The notes beneath the pieces were generated by a model. That model saw only the letters and a program-made list of their open reading frames with translations, had not been told where the DNA came from and made no database searches. A stretch of DNA of 64,000 nt from Clostridia bacterium (GTDB lineage Bacteria > Bacillota > Clostridia > TANB77 > CAG-465). Within the stretch, counting starts at the first letter, position 1. Every line of letters starts with the position of its first letter. Location: the NCBI GenBank assembly GCA_017521005.1, contig JAFXEC010000015.1, positions 1,241 to 65,240 on the forward strand, written 5' to 3'. Below are positions 55,073-64,000 of this stretch, piece by piece. The translations under genes were made by a program, and so were the position numbers.

Positions 55073-56383
55073 TTGAAGAAGATATTATATAATACATTTA
55101 AGTATATAGGAATCTTTATTTTGCTAGTATCTATTGCCCTTATGCTCCTTGTTATTACAGCTATGATACCAAAAGAGCGAATAGAAAATAATATGAAAGA
55201 ATCTGTTCAGTTCTATAAAGATAATCAAGGAATAGCAGGGAAAATTGGACATGAGTATGCGTTTAGGCATTATTACGCAGACTCAATATTATTAAATATT
55301 ATATATAACATAGATACAGATAAGCCAGTAGAATCTGTACTATGGTCAAAGTATTATGAAACTATAAAGATAGATATAAATAAAGATTTTATTGAAACGG
55401 TAGAACAGTCAAAAGAGGCTAATCAACAATATTTAAGATATTGGCATGGAAGCATGGCAGTATTAAGGCCGCTATTTGTTATCTTTAATGTAAATCAAAT
55501 ATACAGTATAAACAAAGTAATTTTATTTGGACTTGCAATAGCATTGTTCATAATATTGTTTATGAAACACAAAGTTCTTGCGATAACCTATCTAATATCG
55601 CTAATTATGACAACATTTAACATAGTTCCGATGTGCTTTGAATATTCATGGACATTTTACATCATGTTCATTGTATCAATAATAATAGCATTAAGTGAAA
55701 AAGGTAAGAGCGATAATTATTTTTGCATGCTCTTTTTTATAACTGGTATAATAACATGTTATTTAGATTTTTTAACAACTGAAATAATAACATATTTTGT
55801 ACCTATGTTAATATTAATAGCGTTAAGGAATAAAGAAAAACGAATAGAAAAGTTTAAGAATGCTTTAAGTTTAGTAATAAAAACCGGTTTGCTGTGGCTT
55901 GTAGGTTATGCGTTGATGTGGGTTGCAAAATGGGGTATAGCAGGTGCCGTATTAAACATAAATCCAATTATATATGTAAAAGATAATTTACTACAAAGGG
56001 TTTATAGTCACATATCTTTTATTAATGCGGGTGGATTTAATTCTACAGCGGTGATTAAAAATTTTTGGACATTATATCCAATATTTTTTGGAAACAATGT
56101 TGTTGCACAAGCATGGATAATTGCAGGTTTGGTACTTATATTTGCAATAGTTATAGATTGGAATAATCTTAAAGGTAAATGGATAGCTGTAATATATCTA
56201 ATATTAGCAATGGCACCGTATGCAAGATATTATTTCTTAACTTCACATTCTTGGAGTCACTTCTTTTTTACATATAGAAGTCAGATGATTACAATAATTG
56301 CATTAGGCTTGCTAATTATGGAGTGTTTCAATTATAATATATTAAGAAAGATAAAAAGAAAGACGGGTGCTAAAGATGAATGA
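55073..56383 (+). CDS. Polytopic membrane protein (about 11 TM), possible GT-C-type glycosyltransferase
   Basis: A long hydrophobic ORF whose stop overlaps the GT2 start (ATGAATGA). The TTG at 55073 follows AGAGGTAAAAG. Function is inferred from context only. Confidence 0.5.
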   Translation: MKKILYNTFKYIGIFILLVSIALMLLVITAMIPKERIENNMKESVQFYKDNQGIAGKIGHEYAFRHYYADSILLNIIYNIDTDKPVESVLWSKYYETIKIDINKDFIETVEQSKEANQQYLRYWHGSMAVLRPLFVIFNVNQIYSINKVILFGLAIALFIILFMKHKVLAITYLISLIMTTFNIVPMCFEYSWTFYIMFIVSIIIALSEKGKSDNYFCMLFFITGIITCYLDFLTTEIITYFVPMLILIALRNKEKRIEKFKNALSLVIKTGLLWLVGYALMWVAKWGIAGAVLNINPIIYVKDNLLQRVYSHISFINAGGFNSTAVIKNFWTLYPIFFGNNVVAQAWIIAGLVLIFAIVIDWNNLKGKWIAVIYLILAMAPYARYYFLTSHSWSHFFFTYRSQMITIIALGLLIMECFNYNILRKIKRKTGAKDE

Positions 56384-57063
56384 ATTGGAATTAACAATAT
56401 TAATACCATGTCTTAATGAAGAAGAAACACTAGCAATATGTATAAACAAAGCAAAATCCTTTCTGGAAAAAAATAATATTAAAGGTGAAGTTTTAATAGC
56501 AGATAACGGAAGTACAGACAAATCTATTGAAATTGCTAAAGATAATGGCGCTAGAGTTATAAACGTATCACATAAGGGTTATGGAAATGCATTAAGATAC
56601 GGAAGTAAAGAAGCTTGCGGAACATATACAATTATGGGAGATGCGGATGACAGTTATAACTTCTCTGAACTGGAAGATTTTATTAAATATTTAAGAGAAG
56701 GTTATGATTTTGTAATTGGAAATAGATTTAAAGCAAATTTGGAAAAACGGAGCAATGCCGTTTTGGAATAGGTATTTAGGCACTCCGGTTATATCTTTTA
56801 TTGGTAGACTTAGAAGTAAAACTAAAATAGGAGATTTTAATTGTGGTTTAAGAGGTTACAATACAGAAAAAATAAATTCATTAAATTGTAAATGCGAGGG
56901 CATGGAATATGCAACTGAAATGATATTAAGAGCTGGCAAGGCTAAATTAAAAATAAAAGAAGTGCCAATAAATTTCTACAAAGATAAAAGAAATAAGCCA
57001 CCACACTTAAGACCGATTAGAGATGGTATAAGGCATCTAAAGATGCTTTTTAATAAATTATAA
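56376..57063 (+). pseudogene. Family-2 glycosyltransferase (polyprenyl-phosphate sugar synthase-like) interrupted by a +1/-1 frameshift
   Basis: The N-terminal half (ILIPCLNEE, IADNGSTD, GDADDSY, GNRFK) is in one frame. The C-terminal half (GAMPFWNRYLGTPVISFIGRL...DFNCGLRGY) is in the next frame. The junction is at ggaaaaacgg (56741-56750). Confidence 0.7.
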
Positions 57064-57075
57064 GGAGGAAAACAT

Positions 57076-58182
57076 ATGAAAAGAAAACAAGGAATATCAT
57101 TAATAGTATTGGTAATTACAATAATAGTAATGATAATATTAGCGGCTGCCGTAGTTATTACATTAAATAACACAGGAATAATTGGCAGAGCAAACGAAGC
57201 GGTTGACGCGACAAACTACAAACAAGTAGAACAATTAGCAAATTTAATTTGGTCTGAAGAGTTTTTAGCAGGAAAAAGGGACCAAGCATTAAAAGATTCT
57301 GTATTAGAAAAATTAGAGGATTATAAAGATAAATATGAATTTGAAGTAAATAATGGTGGTGTAACAGTAACATTACCAGGTGCTGTAAAACTAGTAAAAA
57401 ATGAATATGGATTCTATTTTGATAAATTATATTTAACTAATAGTTTAACAAGTGTATCAGGGAACCCAGTACTAGGTTATGCGTTTTTTGAGAATGGAAC
57501 ATATGTGGGATATACTATAAATGTTACAGAAACAGGAGAAGTATTAGTAGTTGCTGGAACATATGGAACAGTAGATGGATATGCTGATTTGAGTGCAAAC
57601 ATTTCGGGTGTAGCTAATTTTACATTCTCTGAGGATGGAAAAACTATAACAAATTCAACTCCTTACACAATGACAATGATGGAAAAAGAAACTGTTACAG
57701 GAATTAAATATGGTGTAGAATATATAGATGGTACAGATAAATTAACGATTGATGCTACTGGTAAAGTTGCAACATATTATAATGGGAACCTTATGTCAGA
57801 AAGTGTATATAACGTGCTTTGTGATAAACATGTATACACATATGGCGGTGGTTCTGGTGCAAGAAAGATATCAGTGTCTCCATTTGGAGAAGATTTAATA
57901 TTCCAAACAGCAGGAAGATATAATTATGCAAGAAAAACAAGCTCAGCTAAAGTTGGCGCATATCTTGGCTCAACATATGTTGATGAAGATGGTAATGAAT
58001 TAGTGCTAAAATCTGATGGAACAATAACCATTACTGGTGCAACACCATACAGTTCTACATACACATATATGGATACAGCTAACATGTATGTAGATGGTAA
58101 TGGAACAGACAGTTATATACCATTATTATCTGGTAAAGCGATAGCTTGTTCTAAAACAGGAAAGATGTTTGTACTTAAATAA
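57076..58182 (+). CDS. Pilin-like N-terminus protein, paralog 4 (Gly/Thr/Tyr-rich C-terminal domain)
   Basis: MKRKQG|ISLIVLVITIIVMIILAAAVVITLNNTGIIGRA. It has a GGAGG RBS 12 nt after the GT2 stop and no promoter of its own. Confidence 0.65.
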   Translation: MKRKQGISLIVLVITIIVMIILAAAVVITLNNTGIIGRANEAVDATNYKQVEQLANLIWSEEFLAGKRDQALKDSVLEKLEDYKDKYEFEVNNGGVTVTLPGAVKLVKNEYGFYFDKLYLTNSLTSVSGNPVLGYAFFENGTYVGYTINVTETGEVLVVAGTYGTVDGYADLSANISGVANFTFSEDGKTITNSTPYTMTMMEKETVTGIKYGVEYIDGTDKLTIDATGKVATYYNGNLMSESVYNVLCDKHVYTYGGGSGARKISVSPFGEDLIFQTAGRYNYARKTSSAKVGAYLGSTYVDEDGNELVLKSDGTITITGATPYSSTYTYMDTANMYVDGNGTDSYIPLLSGKAIACSKTGKMFVLK

Positions 58183-58190
58183 TAATTAAG

Positions 58191-58221
58191 AGTGATTAGG
58201 TTGTGCCTAGTCACTTTTTTA
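58191..58221 (+). terminator. Terminator after pilin-like paralog 4
   Basis: A 10-bp stem, agtgattagg / cctagtcact, followed by T6. Confidence 0.65.
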
Positions 58222-58302
58222 TTAATATTATGTATATTGTTCTTGAGAATTAACTTAGAGTGTGGTATAATTCAAGGCATAATATAGATGCGGGTGTAAA
58301 AG

Positions 58303-59565
58303 TTGAAAAGAAGTAGAATTATTTGTAGCATAATTACAATAATATATATGCTATTGCTAGTATATATAGCTATCTGCTTATTAAAAAATAGCATAACTGT
58401 AAAAAGTGATTTAGGCTTTGGAATAAAGCTTGTATATATGCTTATTTTAATAAGTAGTATTTCTATGTATATGTGGCTAAAAAAGAGGTTAAACAAAAAA
58501 GTAACAAGCACAAAAATAATGGTACTATACAGGTATATGTACCTTGCGGTTCTGACGCTTGTTACAAGAATAGGTATGGTGTTTGTATTTACCAAAAGGA
58601 ATGTAGAAATAATACCACCATCGTTTGGCCAAGGGTTGGGTTCTTATCTTTTCAAACTAGTTAATTTAGTTATTGGTAATACTATTTACACAAATGTTAT
58701 AATAAATACAACGATTACATATATTGTGGTCGTATTAATAAAGAAAATATTAGAGAATATTACAAAGAGCGATTTCTTATCCGCAACAGCAACAATATTA
58801 TATATATTTCTACCACAGTCGTTATATTTTGTAATAGAATATAATAGATATAATTACAATTTGTTATTTGTATTAACAGGATTCTATATAATATTAAATA
58901 TAATAGATTTAGTAAAACAATATAAATTAAAAACAAAGAAATATTTATACATGTCTTTAATATTAGGTGGTATAGCAAGTATAGATATAATACTTGGTGG
59001 TTCGTGGATGTTTTGGATGCTATTTGTAACAACTTTAACAGCTGCAGCGACATATATAGATATAGCACACATATCTTTTGGTGAAAAAATAAAATCAAAA
59101 GTTTCGTTTAATATAAAGAAAATATTATATAAAATAGAACAAACTAATTTCTCAAAATTAATTAATACAGCGTTAATAGTATTAGCATTAACAGGTGTTG
59201 TTACAATAATAGTTAGTTTAACAACATCTTCTACAAATTTTGTATTTACAACAAATATATCAGAACTTGTAAATAGAACTATAGAAGCGTTAAATACATC
59301 TAGAAATTATTATATAGTTCTAATAGTATTAATAGTGTTATTAGAAATAATAGGCGTAATATTAAAAAGAAATTTAGATATAAAAATGGTAGCTGTAAAG
59401 ATTCTAAATATACTTGTAATTATTTCAATGATGTTAAGTAAAAATGTAACATATACCGCAACAATTTTTGATGTAACATTAATATTATTGCTTGTTTCAA
59501 ACATGTGTAATATATATTATAATAGAGAAGAGAAGATAAAATTATTAAAAGATAGAAACGATTAA
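58303..59565 (+). CDS. Polytopic membrane protein (about 11 TM), unknown function
   Basis: A long hydrophobic ORF with a TTG start (uncertain). Upstream promoter: TTGAGA, 17 nt, TATAAT (TG-extended). There is no terminator before dnaG. Confidence 0.5.
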   Translation: MKRSRIICSIITIIYMLLLVYIAICLLKNSITVKSDLGFGIKLVYMLILISSISMYMWLKKRLNKKVTSTKIMVLYRYMYLAVLTLVTRIGMVFVFTKRNVEIIPPSFGQGLGSYLFKLVNLVIGNTIYTNVIINTTITYIVVVLIKKILENITKSDFLSATATILYIFLPQSLYFVIEYNRYNYNLLFVLTGFYIILNIIDLVKQYKLKTKKYLYMSLILGGIASIDIILGGSWMFWMLFVTTLTAAATYIDIAHISFGEKIKSKVSFNIKKILYKIEQTNFSKLINTALIVLALTGVVTIIVSLTTSSTNFVFTTNISELVNRTIEALNTSRNYYIVLIVLIVLLEIIGVILKRNLDIKMVAVKILNILVIISMMLSKNVTYTATIFDVTLILLLVSNMCNIYYNREEKIKLLKDRND

Positions 59566-59596
59566 TTTAATACAAATAAAATAGAAGGAGGAAATT

Positions 59597-61399
59597 ATGG
59601 CATATTATTCAGAAGATTTAATAGATGAAATCTTAGCATCTACAGACATAGTAGAAGTAGTAAATGAATATGTACCATTAAAAAGAAGAGGCGCGAACTA
59701 CTTGGGTTTATGTCCTTTCCACAAAGAAAAGACTCCTTCTTTTACTGTGTCAGCGGACAAGCAAATATATAAATGTTTTGGATGCGGACAAGGAGGTACA
59801 GTAATACAATTTGTATCTAAACTAGAAAATCTAGATTTTAGGGAAACATTAGAAACATTAGCAGAAAGAGCTAATATAGATTTAGAAAAATTTAAGACAA
59901 ATACTACTGTAGATACAAAAAAAGATTTAAGAGATACAATACTTGAAATAAACAAATCTACGGCAAGATATTTCTTTGATGCATTAACAGAAGAAGTTAA
60001 GAAAGAAAAGAGTATCCTTAAAGATTATTTAATAAAAAGAGACTTGGATTCAAAAACTATAACTAGATTTGGCCTAGGATACGGTTCTAAGAGTTCAGAA
60101 ACTCTAATGGCATACTTAACAAGGTTGGGGTATAGAAAAGAGGATATTTTGGCTGCTGGAGTTGTTTCAAAAAATATGCGTGGAGACATATACGAAAATT
60201 TTGCAGGTAGATTAATATTCCCAATCTTTGACACAAGAGATAGAGTAATTGCTTTTGGTGGTAGAGTATTAGACAACTCTTTACCTAAGTATGTTAATTC
60301 GCCAGAAAACGCATTATACCACAAAGGTAGCAATTTATACGGAATGAATGTTGCAAAAAAAGAACAATTAAATTCTGTAATAATTGTTGAAGGATATATG
60401 GATACAGTAGCTCCGCATAAGTCTGGTATTACAAATGTTGTAGCAAGTTTGGGTACTGCTTTTACAGAAAAGCAAGCGAAATTGCTTAAGAAATATACAG
60501 ATACTGTAATTATTTCATATGACCAAGATGCTGCCGGACAAAATGCTACATTAAGAGCAATAGATATACTTGTTAAAGAGGGACTTAAAGTTAAAGTATT
60601 AAGACTAGATAAAGAAGATGCAAAAGATCCAGATGAATATATTAAAAAGTATGGAAAAGAACGCTTTGAAGATTGTGTAAAGAAAAGTATTTCACATATA
60701 GAGTATAAGATAAGCAGAATGGAAAAACTACTAGAAGATGACAATAACTTTGATAACAAAGTTAAATTCTTAAGTAGAACGGCAGATATTTTAGCAACTC
60801 TTGAAAACGATATAGAAAGAGAAATGTATGTAGATACAATTGCAAAGAAATATAACGTAAGTAAAGCGGCAATTGAATCTGAAATAAATAAAAAGCTTAA
60901 AAAGAATGTTAAAGAGGAAAAAGTAGTCAAGGTTAAAGAAAAAGTAGCTGAACGAAAAGAAAAAGGCCCTTTGACACTCAGAAAGAAGCAAGAAGAATAT
61001 ATAGTGGCTATGTTACTTGGTAAAGATAAAAAATTAATTAACCAAGTACTAGATAGATTTAACGAAAGAGATTTTGTATACGAGGATGTGCGAAACTTAT
61101 TTATCTTCCTAAAGGAATTAAATAACGAGCAAGATATAACAAAGATTAATGTATTAACAAGAATCTCTGATAGTGACACCTTAAACTTAATTACTGAAAT
61201 TTTAGCAATTAACCTATCCGATTTTGATAAAGATAAACTTTATACAGAAATGGATAAAACATTTAAGAAGTATTATTACCAAAACAGAAGAGAAGAGATA
61301 TTTAAAGAATTAGAAAAAGAAAATATATCTAAAGATGAAAAGGAATTTCTTGAGGTAGAACTTAAACAAATAATGCTAAAAATTGCTAAAATGAAATAA
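59597..61399 (+). CDS. dnaG: DNA primase
   Basis: A zinc finger (CPFHKEKTPSF...CFGCG), the TOPRIM block EGYMD and DQDAAG. Length 600 aa. Confidence 0.95.
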   Translation: MAYYSEDLIDEILASTDIVEVVNEYVPLKRRGANYLGLCPFHKEKTPSFTVSADKQIYKCFGCGQGGTVIQFVSKLENLDFRETLETLAERANIDLEKFKTNTTVDTKKDLRDTILEINKSTARYFFDALTEEVKKEKSILKDYLIKRDLDSKTITRFGLGYGSKSSETLMAYLTRLGYRKEDILAAGVVSKNMRGDIYENFAGRLIFPIFDTRDRVIAFGGRVLDNSLPKYVNSPENALYHKGSNLYGMNVAKKEQLNSVIIVEGYMDTVAPHKSGITNVVASLGTAFTEKQAKLLKKYTDTVIISYDQDAAGQNATLRAIDILVKEGLKVKVLRLDKEDAKDPDEYIKKYGKERFEDCVKKSISHIEYKISRMEKLLEDDNNFDNKVKFLSRTADILATLENDIEREMYVDTIAKKYNVSKAAIESEINKKLKKNVKEEKVVKVKEKVAERKEKGPLTLRKKQEEYIVAMLLGKDKKLINQVLDRFNERDFVYEDVRNLFIFLKELNNEQDITKINVLTRISDSDTLNLITEILAINLSDFDKDKLYTEMDKTFKKYYYQNRREEIFKELEKENISKDEKEFLEVELKQIMLKIAKMK

Positions 61400-61468
61400 A
61401 AAAAGAAAAAAGGTTGTAATTTAAAATTTAATGTTGTATAAATTTAATATTAGGGAGAGAATAATATA

Positions 61469-62770
61469 ATGGGAAGAAAAAAGGAATCTGAAATAAAGGA
61501 AGTAGAAGTAGTGGAAGAAGTTAAAACTAAAAAAACTACAAAAGCATCTAAAAAGAATGCTAAAGAAACAGCTATAGCAGAATTTGTAGAAGCAGCAGTA
61601 GCTAAAAAAGGATTTACATATAAAGAAATAGTAGATTACATGGGTGAAAAGGGTCTAGCTCCAGAAGATGTAGACGCTTTATATCAAAAACTTGAACAAG
61701 CTGGTATAGAAATGATAGACGAAACTAAAAAAGAAGATGACATAATACCAGAAGAACCCGATGAAGATGAAGAAGTAAAAGATGATAGCCTAATAGAAAA
61801 AATGGCGCAAGGAGATAAATCAGTATCTCTTGCTGAATTAGATATTGAACCAAACTTAGAAGATATTTCTGAAATTGAAAAAAATATATTATTAGAAGAT
61901 GATATAAATGATTTCTCATTTATAGACAATATAAGTGTAGACGATCCTGTAAGAATGTTCTTAAAAGAAATAGGAAAGATAGAACTATTATCTTTAGATG
62001 AAGAAGCAGAGCTTGCAGAAAGAATGGTTCAAGGAGATAAAGCTGCTAAGAAAAAACTTGTAGAATCTAACCTAAGACTTGTTGTAAGTATAGCTAAAAG
62101 ATATATAGGTAGAGGAATGCACTTCTTAGATTTAATACAAGAAGGAAACCTTGGCTTAATAAAAGCTGTAGATAAATTTGACCCAGTAAAAGGATTTAAA
62201 TTTAGTACATATGCTACATGGTGGATTAGACAAGCGATAACAAGAGCAATTGCCGACCAAGCTAGAACAATAAGAATACCAGTACACATGGTTGAAACAA
62301 TAAATAGACTTATGAGAGTATCTAGACATCTATTACAAACTATGGGAAGAGAACCAACTCCAGAAGAGATAGCTGCAGAAATGGAAATACCAGTAGATAA
62401 AGTAAGAGATATATTAAAAATATCTCAAGATCCAATATCTCTAGAAACTCCAGTTGGTGAAGAAGATGATAGTAGCGTTGGAAACTTTATTCCAGATGAC
62501 GATGCGCCATCTCCATCAGATCAAGCAGCAGATGTTCTACTTAAAGAACAAATAGAAGAAGTAATGGAAACATTAACACCAAGAGAAGCTAGAGTATTAA
62601 GACTTAGATTTGGTTTAGAAGATGGAAGAACAAGAACTCTTGAAGAAGTTGGTCGTGAATTCATGGTAACTCGTGAAAGAATAAGACAAATAGAAGCAAA
62701 AGCTTTAAGAAAATTAAGACATCCATCAAGAAGTAAAAAATTAAAAGATTTTATGAGCACAGACAAATAA
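61469..62770 (+). CDS. sigA: RNA polymerase primary sigma factor
   Basis: An acidic region 1, region 2 ([32 protein letters not shown]) and region 4 ([30 protein letters not shown]). Confidence 0.95.
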   Translation: MGRKKESEIKEVEVVEEVKTKKTTKASKKNAKETAIAEFVEAAVAKKGFTYKEIVDYMGEKGLAPEDVDALYQKLEQAGIEMIDETKKEDDIIPEEPDEDEEVKDDSLIEKMAQGDKSVSLAELDIEPNLEDISEIEKNILLEDDINDFSFIDNISVDDPVRMFLKEIGKIELLSLDEEAELAERMVQGDKAAKKKLVESNLRLVVSIAKRYIGRGMHFLDLIQEGNLGLIKAVDKFDPVKGFKFSTYATWWIRQAITRAIADQARTIRIPVHMVETINRLMRVSRHLLQTMGREPTPEEIAAEMEIPVDKVRDILKISQDPISLETPVGEEDDSSVGNFIPDDDAPSPSDQAADVLLKEQIEEVMETLTPREARVLRLRFGLEDGRTRTLEEVGREFMVTRERIRQIEAKALRKLRHPSRSKKLKDFMSTDK

Positions 62771-62776
62771 AAATAA

Positions 62777-62805
62777 AAGAGCAGTAGTTTTAACTACTGC
62801 TCTTT
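62777..62805. terminator. Bidirectional terminator between sigA and the convergent GC-rich operon
   Basis: The hairpin aagagcagtagtt / aactactgctctt with A/T runs on both sides. Confidence 0.65.
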
Positions 62806-62812
62806 ATTACGC

Positions 62813-63421
62813 TTACAAGCGCTTCATAAGTCTGTTAAGCTGGTATCTGAATTCTTCTTCGGTAAGAACTGTGTCGGAACGGTCATCCTTTCCAGTGGTG
62901 TGAATCAGGATTTTGCCCTTGAACTTAGGAAGCACGATTTCTCTGAAAATAACATTTGTTTCAAAGAGTGCATCGTAAGCTTTTGTGATGAGTTCGGTGT
63001 ATTCATCGCTGTATCTGTTGTAAGGGACTCCGTTAAACCAGAGGGTTTGGGAATCTTTCCAATCGTTTAAGATTGCAGACATTTTGTATGCGGCCATGCC
63101 GGAATAGTTACGCATAAAAATATTTTGCAAATCTTTATCTTGAATCTTAAGTCCTTGCAAGAAGGATTCCATAGAAGGGCAGGTTATCTGCTTCTCAGAA
63201 AGATTTGTTGTGGGATATAACCCATAGAGAATAAACTCATGTGGGTAAAGATTGGAAAGAGAAGCAGACCTGGGATCTCCGTATGAGATGTTTACAACGT
63301 TTTCGTCGCTTGAAAGAAAACCACATTCATCGCATCTGTAAAGTGGATTTACATGAATGGGTAACCGCTTAGCGGTTTTGCCACATACCGGGCAAATGAT
63401 TGAGTTTTTAGGTTCTGTCAT
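62813..63421 (-). CDS. Zinc-ribbon protein with a possible NADAR/YbiA-like domain
   Basis: An N-terminal CPVC...CDEC ribbon. The segments LSNLYPHEF, CPSMESFLQGLK and ILIHTTGKDD are loosely colinear with the NADAR motifs FSNF, SEHYFQAQK and EHT..D. It lies in a GC-rich patch. Confidence 0.4.
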   Translation of the reverse strand: MTEPKNSIICPVCGKTAKRLPIHVNPLYRCDECGFLSSDENVVNISYGDPRSASLSNLYPHEFILYGLYPTTNLSEKQITCPSMESFLQGLKIQDKDLQNIFMRNYSGMAAYKMSAILNDWKDSQTLWFNGVPYNRYSDEYTELITKAYDALFETNVIFREIVLPKFKGKILIHTTGKDDRSDTVLTEEEFRYQLNRLMKRL

Positions 63422-63437
63422 TTGTATCTCTCCTTAA

Positions 63438-63638
63438 TTAAAGTTGACGTATTTCATTGCGAGCAGACATTTTAACCATTGCCTGGGACATAAAATGCCA
63501 CTCGTATTTTGTGATTGATTGAGCAACTCCACCTTGAAGTGCCCAACCTTCTTTAAGAAGTTTGTTGACCTTTTTCTCGAGCTCTTCGGCAACTTTGTAA
63601 AATTCGCCGCCTTGTGCATAAACTACTTGGTATTCCAT
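63438..63638 (-). CDS. Small protein (66 aa), DUF1737/DUF4177-like, tandem paralog B
   Basis: MEYQVV...LEKKVNKLLKEGWALQGG, with an AAAGGAG RBS. Confidence 0.5.
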   Translation of the reverse strand: MEYQVVYAQGGEFYKVAEELEKKVNKLLKEGWALQGGVAQSITKYEWHFMSQAMVKMSARNEIRQL

Positions 63639-63652
63639 ATGAACTCCTTTAT

Positions 63653-63835
63653 TTAAGATTCTTTCGTGAGAACTTGATATACAACGAAATATGTGGATTC
63701 GGTGTGAGGGACAATTTTAAGATTGCCTCTTAATTGCCAACCAGCCTTAAGAAGTTCGTTTACTTCTTTTTCAACCTTTTTGATTGCACCTGCAAAAGAT
63801 GTCGCTGCTTCTACTTGAACTACTTTGTACTCCAT
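63653..63835 (-). CDS. Small protein (60 aa), DUF1737/DUF4177-like, tandem paralog A
   Basis: MEYKVV...VEKEVNELLKAGWQLRGN, with an AAAGGAG RBS. It is the first gene of a three-gene operon. Confidence 0.5.
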   Translation of the reverse strand: MEYKVVQVEAATSFAGAIKKVEKEVNELLKAGWQLRGNLKIVPHTESTYFVVYQVLTKES

Positions 63836-63890
63836 ACTTTAAATCTCCTTTAAATAATTATTTTTTGGTTCTTTGTATCAAAGTGAAAAT

Positions 63891-63919
63891 ATTATATCAC
63901 AGAAATTGGCAAATGACAA
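63891..63919 (-). promoter_or_regulatory. Extended -10 promoter of the three-gene GC-rich operon
   Basis: Minus strand: TTGTCA (63914-63919), a 17-nt spacer, then TATAAT (63891-63896), preceded by TGtga. Confidence 0.5.
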
Positions 63920-63960
63920 TAAAAGAGAACAAAAGGTTACATAAAACTAAAATAGATACA

Positions 63961-63987
63961 AAAAAATACAAGTATGTTGAATACTTG
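63961..63987 (-). terminator. Terminator of a minus-strand gene lying beyond the right edge
   Basis: Minus strand: stem caagtat / atacttg followed by a T-run. Confidence 0.4.
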
Positions 63988-64000
63988 CATTTGGTGGGAG

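Noticed and set aside
63434-63619. An alternative-frame 61-aa ORF overlapping the 66-aa MEYQVV gene.
   Set aside because: It has no RBS. The 63438-63638 frame has an RBS and is a clear paralog of the adjacent 63653-63835 product.
1-64000. CRISPR arrays, tRNA or rRNA genes, IS elements and transposases.
   Set aside because: No regularly spaced direct repeats, cloverleaf-type sequences, rRNA-like conserved blocks or transposase/integrase-like ORFs were seen on either strand.

Overview
This is a 64 kb chromosomal segment from a very AT-rich, endospore-forming Firmicute (Clostridia-like). GC is roughly 27-30% by eye and was not computed. All functions were assigned by reading motifs in the translated ORFs; no searches were run.

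The backbone is ordinary housekeeping and sporulation DNA:
- a complete spoIIIAA-AH operon;
- cysS, a FemAB-family gene and recD2;
- spoVT and a Lon-like protease;
- tsaE-tsaB-rimI, hup, an M18 aminopeptidase, a SEDS protein and dusB;
- rlmD, plsC-like, ispH, pyk, rpmB, ylbJ-like and nagZ-like genes;
- dnaG-sigA.

Several things interrupt this backbone and are not ordinary:
1. A dispersed four-member family of pilin-like proteins. They share a conserved class-III-signal-like N-terminus that lacks the bacterial Phe1/Glu5 signature, and their C-termini are unrelated. Three copies share a near-identical promoter and leader. One copy carries a Hint (bacterial intein-like) domain. One copy has an adenine-depleted, GC-rich 3' end followed by GC hairpins. 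One copy sits inside a putative glycosylation module: a frameshifted GT2 gene flanked by two polytopic membrane proteins.
2. At least six sharply bounded patches of about 40-45% GC. In most of them the GC-rich sequence is confined to the coding region, behind host-like AT-rich promoters. One encodes a beta-CASP metallo-beta-lactamase nuclease directly downstream of an orphan mazF toxin with no antitoxin. Another is a three-gene operon: two small tandem paralogs plus a zinc-ribbon, NADAR-like protein.
3. A soluble KAP-type P-loop NTPase coupled to recD2.
4. A promoter-to-terminator unit of about 250 nt after spoIIIAH that looks like a structured, C-rich small RNA.
5. A BRO-N/DinD-like gene with a LexA (Cheo) box inside its promoter.
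6. An Lsa-family ABC-F resistance gene whose only upstream element is an intrinsic terminator.
7. Two tiny unannotated ORFs, one an extremely Cys/Gly-rich tail-anchored peptide.

I saw no rRNA, tRNA, CRISPR array, transposase or integrase.
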